64,000 nt of DNA. Origin: Yuukianura sp. NJ FZ-2021. Taxonomy: Eukaryota. Location of the stretch: the NCBI GenBank assembly GCA_046563655.1, contig CM102286.1:15004001-15068000 (forward strand), in the 5' to 3' direction. Below the pieces are notes generated by a model. The model had not been told where the DNA came from. It made no database searches and saw only the letters and a list, made by a program, of their open reading frames with translations. The position numbers and the translations under genes are program-made. Shown piece by piece: positions 51,024 to 62,400 of the stretch. Within the stretch, counting starts at the first letter, position 1; every line of letters starts with the position of its first letter.

Positions 51024-53086
51024 CAGAGTCTTAATCCATTTCTTTGTTGGGTTGGTCTCTTGGTCTGACAATTTAATAGAAATGGTCTATGATAAATGAA
51101 TGTTTTATTATGGGCTAACTTCCAGTGGATGCCAAGAGCAGAGAAATAACTTAGGAAGTGGAGAGAAGCAGAGCAGAGGAGGAGATAATAAATGAATTAT
51201 ATATTGTTGCCATGGAGACCTCGGATTTAATCCTCCAGCTTTTGGCTTACGCCTCTCTTTTTAGACTCCTGCACCAACTTTGACTTTCTCTTTTCTTGCG
51301 AGAGAAGAGAGAAAGGAGACTCAATTGCAATTAGGGCAATGAAATAAAAATAAGGGCCTCGTAACAAGAAATTGGGCTTTTCTGGGTACTCGTCCACATA
51401 TCTTAGGGCTACGTTTTACTTTCATGTACAGAGTTTCCAAGTTTGAGCTCTTTTTTGAAAAAAGTACTCTAGGTACTTTCCACTCTTGGAATTACTTTTG
51501 GACCACACGGTACATTTGGAGAAAGTGAAGTTACATTTGGAGAAACTAAAGTTTTGTTTTTAGTTTTTGTGTGCGTGTGAGAGAAAAAAGAGCATTAAAA
51601 TCTCATTCCATTGAAACCGCACTGAATCTTTGTTGGAAAAAAAAAGTTGGAAGGTGTGAGAGGGCCTTAAGAGATTAGAGATTTTTACGATTTTGAAAAT
51701 CTTGGACTTCCCGCTAGAAGAGAAAGTAAATCCAACAAGTTGCTCATAAATTTACACTAATTGAAATTATTTTAGACTCTGGAATTTTAACCTTAACTTT
51801 CCCCGTGCTTTCGTGTTTAAATTTCCCACTTTTGGTAAATTCTTTAAGACTTTGGAAAAACCGAAACTCCCAAAGTCCCTGATTGAGTTTCTATTGAACA
51901 AAGGTAAAAAAAAAGACAGCAGAAGAACACAATTGGATTTGGTTTTACCCGGGCATTTTGTTTTGCCCGGGCATTTGGACGGGAATACATGAGGCATGAG
52001 GCAGGTCATAAATTTAGTTCCAGACAACCCACTATCTCGCGGCAAAACAAAAAAAAAACAGTTTTTCTTTTCACCCGCCATTTTTTTTCGGACTTTGTGT
52101 AATTCGGATTAATTTTTAGAAAAAAAATTAGAAGGTTTTGCTCCAAATCTCTCCTGCTTTTTTATTTTTTCGGTGTAGTGGAGGGAGTAACTATTTCCAA
52201 AAATTTAATTAAGAGAAAACCGGGTTGTTTGGGACACGGATTTAAAACTTTTTTTTTCATTTTTTAAAAAAACTGTTTTTGAAATTCAAATGTTTGGATT
52301 TTGAATAGGGCCCAGGGGGAGGACAATGATGTTGGGATTAAGTAAGCTTAACCTTGCAGAATCATCTGCACAGCAGTTGAGCAATAAATCTTCTTTCCTT
52401 TTCATTTGAGTATGACAGTATTCGTTTGCCTGATTAATCACAATAATCTAATTACTTTAACTTAAATTGTTCCTTGCATAACTTCTTTTTTTCACTTTTA
52501 AACGAAATAGGATGATTCCTGACCTTGCGCTAACCTCGTTAACGGCAATAGCGATTACGCCACTTCCTTGCTAATTGTTAAAAACACAACTTTGTAGGCC
52601 AATTTGAAAAGATACTTAACACTTTTGTTACTAAAATCTCAGGGGGAGATAATTAAAATTTAAAAGAGAGGGAAAATTGCAAAGTTTCAAAAAAAGTGTG
52701 AGAAAAGAGGCTTCGTGACCCTGACCATCTGTCAAAACATTTTTGCATTGGAGGGAGTAACTATATTTTTGAGAGAGGGTTTTGGAGGGAGTAACTACTT
52801 TTGAGAGGGGGTTTTGGAGGGAGTAACTACTTTACATGCGTAACTTTTTATTGTCCATTGTTTACCCCCTCCTCTGATGAATGAATGAGTTTTATGTACT
52901 AATGCATATTTGTTAATGAACAATTTTGAATTTTCCCTCCTCTTTGTTGTTACTCTTTTCCAATCTCAGCCCCCAATAAATAACCGCAGTTGATCCAATT
53001 CTAGTCTCAGTTGGGGTTTAGTTTTTAGCATTTCCACCGTTTTTTTTTGTTTCGAAAAACGAGCATTTTTTTGTTGAAATTTTGAA

Positions 53087-56070
53087 ATGGCGGGCGATGA
53101 GCCAGAAGAGGGTGGGAGTGAGACGATAGTGAAGCTGTTTCGGTCGTCAGAAGAACAGACGAGTCCAGTGGAGGGTCGAGTGAGTGGCGTCATTCCTGCA
53201 GCCATCAGTGGCACTTTTCTGCGGGTGGGTCCTGGTAAATTTGATTTGGACTCTGGCTACACTGTGAATCACTACTTTGATGGCTACGCCCTTTTGTCAA
53301 AATACACCATCCAGGGTGGACTCGAACCCACGGTCCACTACGAGTCCAAATATTTGGACACCGATGCTTACAGGAAGGCCACTGCAGCAGGGAAACCGAT
53401 GTGCAATGAATTCGGAACCAAATCCGAACAGGACATGGGCAGAACTTATTTTCAAAAAATGTGCAAAATTGCTTCACTCATTATGGTAACAAAAAATTAA
53501 AAAGAAAATAATGCATTATAACCAGGAATGTCAAACATATTTAGTTTCCAAGCCCGTTCATGTTAATTAAAAAATATTTGCGGGGTTTTTGTTACTAAAT
53601 ATTTGCCGATGCCCTTAATAATTAATTAGAATATTTGAGCGATTTTTTTCAAAAAGTTATTTTCTGTCATTATTTTGGTGGTTTTTAGCGCATATTTTTG
53701 TCAGCCCTGACAAAACCATTAATAGCTATTTAACCATTAACCAAAAACAAGCTATTAATTATGAAATTTCACTTACAACCCGGAAAACGTTATTTTTTGA
53801 AGCATGAAAATATTTTTGGGGATTTTTTTTTGCAAATTGCCAAAATGTAAAGGAAATCACAAAAAGCTCAAACTTCAATCAGGAATCGATTTACGTGAGC
53901 AACAGAGTGTGCAAAAATATAAAAAAGAAGAAATTTTTTTTATTTTGTTTTTGCAAATTTTTTGCACCATTAACGTTCAACACGCCCTCTTTTTTCCCTT
54001 CATGTAAAATTACGAAACATGAAAAGGAAAATTTTTATTTTTGGTGTCGAGGTCAATTTTTTTCTTACGTTTTGTTCCGTTTTCCCACGCCAAAAGTTTT
54101 TCCTCACGTTCTGCTGATAAAAAATTGCAAATTTTGATAAAAATTGTAACTTTTGATAAAAAATATTGCACAATTGGAGATTGTTTTGTGTTTTAGGTTC
54201 CGAATTTGACGGATAATTGCAACTATGCAGTGTTCACGCATGACAAAGACACTTTCGTGATGGGCGAGACGAGTTCGTTCCATGAAGTGAACGTGGCCAA
54301 TCTTTGTTCAACATACAGACATGATATGCCCAAGTACTTTGGATTCTACCAGTTTACACCTCATCCGCTAAAAGAACAGCGCACAGGAGATGTCTACAAC
54401 TTCGGAACTTCAGTCAAAACGGGACTTAAGTACAACTTGGTCAAAATACCACCAAAACAGGGCAACATCTCAGCAAAAGATCATTTGAAGAAAAATTTAA
54501 AAGTCGTTGCAACCATTCCGAGGTTATAAAAAAAAATTGGAAAAAAATATTTTGACATAAAGTTTTAGGGCTGCTGCCGTTTCCGTTTAAAACGGAAAAC
54601 GAACCGAATTTGCGTTTTCGTTTTTTAAAACGGTACCTGTCGTTTCGTTTCCGTTTTGCAGCATACCGTTTCGTTTCGTTTCCATTTTTACGACGGCTGA
54701 AAGTTGCGTTTTTTGAGTTTCTTGAAACGCTACCGTTCGTTTCCGTTTTGCGGCCAACCGTACCGTTCCGTTTCCGTTTCTAAATACGGAAACGAAACAC
54801 GACGGCAGCTCTAGAAAGTTTCGGTTGTTTTTTAGTTTTACGTTTTGAAAATATTTTGAATGTTGCACATTAAAATAAAATTTCTTTTGAACTTTTCAGT
54901 CGCTGGAAAACGTGGATGGGTTGTGCCCATAGCTTTGGAATGTCCGAGAACTACGCCATCTACGTCGAGCAGCCACACATATTAAACGTTGGACGCTACA
55001 TCGCGAACGGTCTTGTACGGAACGAAGGGTACCGACACTGGCTGGAGTGGCATCCGGAATATCCGAACCGGTTTTATGTCATCAACAAACGAACCGGTAA
55101 AGTCTTGTCGACCGAACTCCTGGCCGACCACGTCTTCTACTTCATCCACATCATCAACTGCTATGAAGACGACATCAACGATCAGCTGATCGTCGACATT
55201 TCAACCTTCGACGACTCCTCTGTTCTTGAAAATCAGTGGATCCACAAACTACGAAGTCAAAACAGTTACATTGGTGAAGAGTACCAAGCGTCCATTCGGC
55301 GCTTCTTTTTGCCGCTCAAAAGCGACGAGAAAACAGTGGTGGTCAAAAGTGTGGACATTGTTGGAAAAGGCTTGGAGATGGTCAAGGTCAATGACTTTTT
55401 TATGGGTCACAGGTACGGTTCTATACATAATTCGTATGCAGTCAATTCGTAAACACAATTTCTTAAGCAGTCAATTCGTAAACACTATTTCGTAAACACA
55501 GTCAATTCGAAATTGAGTTTACGAATTGGGCTGCTTACAAAAAGGAGTTTACGAATTGCCTGGTTGCGAATTGACTGCTTAAGAAATTGAGTTTACGAAT
55601 TGCGTGTATACTAAATTGAGTTTACGAATTGTTGCAGGTACTCGTATGGGTACGGAACGACGTTGACGGCACGGGGTCCCTTTGCAAATTCAGTGGTGAA
55701 AGTAAATTTTAGAACGAAGGACACCCTCCGATGGACTGTTGGAGAAAACACAATTTTTGGAGAAGTCGTTTACGTTCCGGCCGACAGGAGGCGGGCATTG
55801 CCCATTCCCGAATTTAGAACTATGAATTTAGAAGATGTCAACAACAATTGCAAAAAGAATGCGCATGTGCAGATCGACGCGAATAATAATGAGATGGGTG
55901 ACGATGAGACAGAGGACGATGGGTACTTGATAGTCCCTTCGATGGACATCAGAGATGGGCATCCCGATTATCTCTACTTTCTCAGTGCAAAAACAATGAC
56001 AGAAGTGGGCAAAGTTACTTTTAATATGCGAATTCCACCGGCATTCCACGGTCACTTTTTAGCATCGTAG
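53087..56070 (+). CDS. Carotenoid cleavage oxygenase (BCO/RPE65/NinaB family), 556 aa; exons 53087-53485, 54197-54522, 54900-55412, 55638-56070
   Basis: SGTFLRVGPG, HYFDG, EFGT, TDNCN; all four Fe-binding His present (FTPHP, CAHSFG, FIHIINCYE, AFHGHF); EDDGYL; exons splice in frame. Confidence 0.93.
54566..54813. mobile_element. hAT-type MITE in oxygenase intron 2
   Basis: Termini TAGGGCTGC...GCAGCTCTA; 8-bp flanks TAAAGTTT/GAAAGTTT (7/8 match); interior filled with AAACGG/CCGTTT repeats. Confidence 0.8.
55420..55632. repeat. Foldback repeat (AATTCGTAAAC units) filling oxygenase intron 3
   Basis: 55443-55478 is nearly the exact reverse complement of 55567-55602; further units lie on both arms. 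Confidence 0.8.
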
Positions 56071-56867
56071 AAAATACACAAGGAATTTGAAGATTCTCTG
56101 AGAGAAAAAAAATATCACAGAAATTCACTCTACCTTGACCTAAATTCCAAAAAGTTCACACAGTACGAATTTTTGTATTTTCCATTTCTTTTAGTTCAAC
56201 TTTTGCAAAAAGTTTTGCAAAATGAAGTCAGTTATGCTCAACTTGACGTAAAATATTTTAGACGCCAACTAATAAAAAATATTTTTTTTATAAAAAATAG
56301 TTATAGTTGCAACAATTTAGATTAATTTTAGATTTTCTTCCTAATCTTAAGCCTATTTTTGTGAATTCCCATCTTTGCAAAATTTCAGAAATTATTTGAA
56401 AATGTTTTTTTTTTGGGCAACTTTTACTAGACTAGAATGTTGTAACTATAAGAAATATTTGAAACTATAAGAAACTGGATTAGTTAGCTCTTAAAATTGA
56501 CATTTCATTAAAATTTGAAGCAAGTTTTTATTAAAATGTTAAACTTTTGAAATTTAGAAAGTTGAAAACTTCCGTTTGATTTTGGTTTTTACTCAAAAGA
56601 TGGCACAGAACTTTGTGATTCTTGGGATTTTGATGCTCCAAAAGTTGAAAATTTGAAGCTGGAAGTTTTTAGCAAAAAATGGTATAATTTTCCATTAGCG
56701 TGGGAGTGGTGCATCCGCTATGAAAAAAAAACACACAAAATAGGATAAAGTCTATGCATGAGTCTGAATTTGTTTCTTATGTGATGAAAAAGTGCCACTG
56801 AACCTTGGATGACCGGATATGACTAAACGCTATTCTCAAATCCAAAAAAAATCACAAGAATTACACC

Positions 56868-57851
56868 GCACATGCGAATAAAAATCGAAACTTAGTAATG
56901 AACAGAGCCGCAAAACATATTTTTTTACATATTACATATTTTTATATTTTTAAAAAATATTTCTCGAAAAAAAATATAAAAAATATTTAGCAAAATATTG
57001 TCAGAATTTGACAAAAAATAGGTATTTTCGGTGAATTTTGGACGATTTTCTGACATTTCAGGCCAATTTTGCCCATATCGGCGATTGAGTAGACCAATAT
57101 CAAGTGTTTTGCGTACATTTTCCCGCAATCAGCACTACATATAGAGGGATATAGGTGGCAAAATTATTTTACAATTTCGCACTTTTATAACAGTTCCTGT
57201 AATGAAAAATTACCCTTTTCTCGCATTATTTTCAACTTTTTTTTTCTAATTGCAGTAACTTATTTCAAAAAAAGTTTTGAACGCTAAACGCCTTTAAACG
57301 GCTAAGCGTACAGTCAATTCATCGTACGTGCAAAAAGCCGCACGCTTAATCAAATACATGTACGCTTCTAAACCAATTCCAGAAAAAAAACTAGGTATAA
57401 GCGTACGGATGTATTAATGTACACTTATTCTGATGTACGCTGGATACGTGTTGGCTAATGTACGCCTAGCATCCTCTCAAAAGCGTTTCTAATTGGAATA
57501 GGTGTTCTTTAAAACTCGCATCTAGGGTACAGTTTAGTAGTAATTTTCAGGAAATAGCTAAATATATCGTAAAATAAAAAATATTTTCTTAAATATTTCA
57601 GTAATTTTTAGTACATATTTACATACATATTTCACTGGTTTTAACAACATATTTTTTGCGGCTCTGGTAATGAAGTTCAAAAATAAATAAAAAAGAAAAG
57701 AAAAGTGTAAATGGCGTTTTACTAAAAACATAAATTTCTTGGCTTTCGTTTGAAGAAATTTATGTTTTTAGTTGAAACGCCAATTAAAGTTTCCTTTTTT
57801 TAAATTTATTTTTTAAATTCTGTACTCAGTTTTAATAATATTCGCATGTGC
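56868..57851. mobile_element. Palindromic (foldback) MITE, ~220 bp without its insert, interrupted by a hAT MITE
   Basis: GCACATGCGAATA...TATTCGCATGTGC ends; the arms pair once 56903-57674 is removed; central hairpin ACTAAAAACATAAATTTCTT / AAGAAATTTATGTTTTTAGT. Confidence 0.7.
56903..57666. mobile_element. hAT-type non-autonomous element, 764 bp
   Basis: TIR CAGAGCCGCAAAA...TTTTGCGGCTCTG with perfect 8-bp TSD GTAATGAA. Confidence 0.9.
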
Positions 57852-59470
57852 AACAACAACATCATACCAACAACCCTGTTTGTCTATAATTTTTGTTAGC
57901 TTTGGTCAGAATGATGTCAGCGTCTCTGTTTGAGTTTGATGTCGTCTCAAGATACGAATTGCATTTCTTGTGTTAAAAATGACCTCATGTTAAAAAACCA
58001 TAAAAAACAAGTCCTGCTGAAGCATAGTGGAAGTAGAGTTTAGTTTTTTGTTGAAAGTGGATGACACATGACAGGACAATGGATTGACACTCTTGCATCT
58101 CCAAGTCCCCTCCATCCTCAACAGTTTCAGTTTTGAAAGAGGGGGACTTGGGAGGGAGGAAAGTGGCTACCCGGTTTAAGCGTTCCCTCCCTCCGGACCA
58201 GCCGGAGGTTCGAATCCTCCGGTCGTGACTCACCACTCACTCAATTTACGTGGCTCAAAACAAACTCTGCAGTCCCGCTCTAACAACCCCCACAACTACT
58301 CTCCTAACCTAACTCCAATTTTACATTTTAAATATTCAATTTCCAAAATTTTAAAATTCTTCCAAAAAAAGTTACTTCCACGTTGGAAATTCCAACTTTG
58401 TTAAATTTTTGCAAGTTTTAGTGCCATTCACGGTTTTAAGCTCTGAAAACTGAAAATTTGTTTAGTTAAATGGGCTTTTTTTAGAAGTTTTTTTTCATAG
58501 GTGAGTGGTAGGATTACTGTTTTTCAAAAGTTTGAAAGTTTTGGTAGTTTGTTGTTCGGGTATTTTCGGATGAGAAGTTTAGTGAAAAGTGTGAGTTTAG
58601 AGGATGACCTTGTTGAATTGTAATGGCATTGAAACTGCATTACCATCTGCCCTCCACCTCTTTTTTGTTTGGCTTCCGAAGAAGTTGTGTTTGTGAATTT
58701 AAAAGTTGGACCTTATGCTCCGTTTCTGTCCTTCTGCATCACCCGACTCTATTGTTTGAGCTTCAAAGTATAAGTGGAGTAGGTGATAAAGTAAACTAAA
58801 AGATAATGAAACACTTCATAAAAAGTTCCAGTCCACTTTCCAACACTCAACTGATCAGTCATAACTGTCTTTCTAACACCGAAAACCGCAAACCAACACA
58901 TCAACAACAAAAAAACTGTGAAAAAGTGAGGAAACTTACTCTAAAGTTTGTTAGTTTTAACTCAAATTGAGCAAAAACTGTGTCTAGTCTTCCACTTTAC
59001 ATTTCAAACTGAAGTTCATTTACCTCTGAATTTTGAAACTCAAATTCTACCACATTTGGAAATCTGAAGAAAGTTTCCTGGATTCTAAAAATTTTGAAAT
59101 CTGAAAAAGTTCTCCGGGGGTGAGAAAATTCCGAAGAAATCGGAATTTCTATTTCTTAATCAAACGGCGTTGTGGTTTATGTGAAAGTGAGAAAACTTTT
59201 TGTCAATCGCAATTTGAAAAATTTGGAATTCTTTTGTTCATTGTTTTTGTAAAAGTGTGCATTTGTCTAACGATGTTTGCGTTTCGAAAGTGTAAATTGT
59301 TACACTTTTTTAATTTGTTCCTTATTGCTCAACTAAAGTAAACAAAGGAAAAACTTTGCCCATAACCATCCAGGCATCGCAGTTTTACTACTTTTTAGAC
59401 ATTGGAGTTGGAGAGAAGTGAAAAGTGAAAAATTGAAAAGTGAAATTTAAAAAGTGAAAAAAGTTTAAAG

Positions 59471-62400
59471 ATGGATGAAGTGGAGGTAGAGTCAACAGTG
59501 GTAGATGGCTCATCATCATCACGTCTCAAGAGAATCGGATCTCTAAGAAAACAGCCTTATTTTACAAGTAAGTTTACTTCCAGATGTGGTTCATAAACAC
59601 AAAAAATTTAAGAAATTAGACATGTTTTTCCAAGTGTTGAAAAATTGGCATTTTTAAACTGCTTTTTGAAAAAAACTGAAAATGCAGCACTTTCCTGTTG
59701 AGCTTTTCCTGCTGCTTCAACGGATGTAAAAAGTCTTAATTTTAGAAACAAAGCCACTTCCTGTTAAAACTTAATGAAAAACGCACTTTAGAAAGTAAAA
59801 GTTAAAATTGAGTGACATTTTGAGCATTTCTGGAATTCTGCCAAGTCTGAGGAAATGTCAATCCTTTTTGAAATTCTACACTTCCAGGTCGTAAAACTTT
59901 CAGCTCCGAACTATCAATTCTGCAGCTTGTTCAAAAGTAAAGCAATAAAATCCTGTGCGCAAGTTCTAAATTTTACTTTTAAATTTTTTGTGATTGCAAA
60001 AAAAGGCAAAGATAGTTGAGTTTTACAAGGTTGTTCATGACTAAATTTTGGGCGGTAGCCAAGAACTGTGAAGATTAAAAAGGAAGGCCGAGTAGATTTA
60101 CAATTTTACAATGAAAGTGCGTGGACACAAACAAATTTAAGTTTTTTTTGTGTAAGGCGCATGTGCTAAAAGGAAGAAAACAGAAGTAGTTGTGTGGGTT
60201 TTGAAGATTGGAGAGTCTAAGAATAGAAAAAGTGTCAAAAAAGAGAAGGAGGGAAATTTTGAAATGGAAAAAGACGTGTCAAAGTTCTTGATCTTGACTT
60301 TTAGAAGACACGCACAGATGGGAACCATCTTAACTTTTTCTTTTCACAGTTTTACAATACAAAAAATGTCACTGGAGCTCTGCTCTTTTATGATAGCAGA
60401 GGGAACAAAATTTCATTTCAAAAGTTTTTTTTTTGAAAACTTTGAAATTACTATCACGAAGTTTAAGCTCCAAAGTCTTTTGGTTTTCAGTTACGCTGGA
60501 ATTAAAGAGAGCAGCAGAGTTCGATTTTTCAGAGGTTTAGGCAGCCTCAAAATGTCGCTGCAAGATTTATCTCAATGTCTTGCAACTTTTGAACCTTGGG
60601 CAATGTTTTTCGAAATTCCAGTTTCTTTGTTTTTTTTTGTCCAAATTTTGATTAGGCAAGTTTGAAAAGGAGGCGTAAATTTTAATTGAGTTTGTTCGTT
60701 AAGATTTTGAATAGAAAAAGTTTTGTTCAAACGAATCAAATTGAAGAAAGAAACTCAAGAAATTTTCATGAAAAAAAAAACTTTGTTTTTAAATCTTTTG
60801 TTCAAATAAGAAGCAGCTGCTGGGAGTCGGAACGGGATTGAATTTCAAAAATATTTTTTCCTTGCGGCTGTTTTTAGAACAAAAGTCTTTCTTGTTTTTC
60901 GTGTTGTTCAAAAACTATGCTGAGTTTTTAAAATTCGAGTAGCATCGCATGGAACTTCTCCATTTCAACATCCTGTTTATGCAAAAACCGCAAATTTGAC
61001 ACTCCTGCAGGAAACGAAGCCATTCAGTAAAAAAAAGTCAAAAAAATTGCACATTCCAAATGCCATTCAAAAAAAAATATTGTTCAGAAAAACATATTTC
61101 AGTTTGTTAAAAACCAGAAAAATGTTTTTTTTTTTTCAAGACACACGTCTTATGTTGACAAACGAAATAATAGTTTTTTAATTGTGTAAAACAAATTTTT
61201 TTTTTTGGAAAAATTTGAGTCACTTTTTGCCTGACTACCAGACGTGACGAAACGAGTTTTCGTCATTTGGATTTTCAATGTCACTTTTCCTGTTTTGCGT
61301 GTCAGTTCCATGGACTTAATAAGTCATAATTTTTGTAATTGTTGCATGAATTGTGTTAATTGCTAAGTGTTAAGATTGTCCATCACCTCGTCAGTTATTA
61401 AACTGTCAATAAAAGAGTAGGACATGAATTGGAGTTAGTAGAATGTGACATGGGGTGACACTCTTCGCCAGAAGTAGCAGAAATGCTAAAAACCAGAATG
61501 AGAGTGACCCAATTTGTGTCCTTCGGTAGTAAAAGTGGTCTGGGACTTGCGTTTGAGCTGCATTTGAAGTTGGTGGGAAGTGAAAGGAAGTTTGTTTTGT
61601 TGGTAATGCGTCTGCGCACAGAATAGTTGCTCCCTCCGAACATCTCTGTGCTCCTCTTATATCAAAATCTCCACTTGAGATCAACACACGAACAGTCTCC
61701 ATCCAACTTCCCAAAGTGGACCCTATACTCCACTCATCTCCCTATAGCAACCATTGGTATCGGTTACCATGGCAACCACTGAGATCTGTAACTATGGTAA
61801 CCATCTGTAACTTCCTTGTGTGACTGGACAGGGTGCGTGTTGAAGTGGTGATTAAAGTTAAGGTGGAGTGTGATCATGTTTCAGTGCATAATTTCGCAAA
61901 AGAGCAGCATTTGGGCAGGAAATCGACATGAGCTCAAGGAAGTTTTTCCAGGTAAAATTTAACTTCAAGTTAAAACCAAAGTTAAAATTTTTAACTTCAT
62001 GAAAAAGTGTAGTTTCAACTTAAGTTAGTTCCATTTTTAGCTTACTCCTAAAAGTAGCGTTTACTATTTCTTTTTTGACCAAAATGTTTGAAATTCTTTT
62101 TTGTTTTGTCAGAAGTAGAAGTGGTACAAAAGTTTAGTCAGAATTTTATTTAAGTCGGAATTTTTGCTGTAAAGTTGTTTCGGGTGTTTCAGGTTTTAGT
62201 TTTCATTTTGGTAGAGTTTGGATAAATTCAAAATACTGTTTTCTGAAATTTTGAAGATGATGTTTTTTCAAATTTTGGAAATGTTGTTGATTGGATTGGT
62301 TTGAATGGGAGTTCCGGTGGAGAATTATTGGCGTAATAAAGTTTGTTTCCATCTTCTGCCTGCGCACATCTGTTTGGCCGACCGTGAAGCAGATCAAGCC

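Noticed and set aside
58163..58228. Functional tRNA gene
   Set aside because: T-arm and B-box present but no convincing acceptor or anticodon stems
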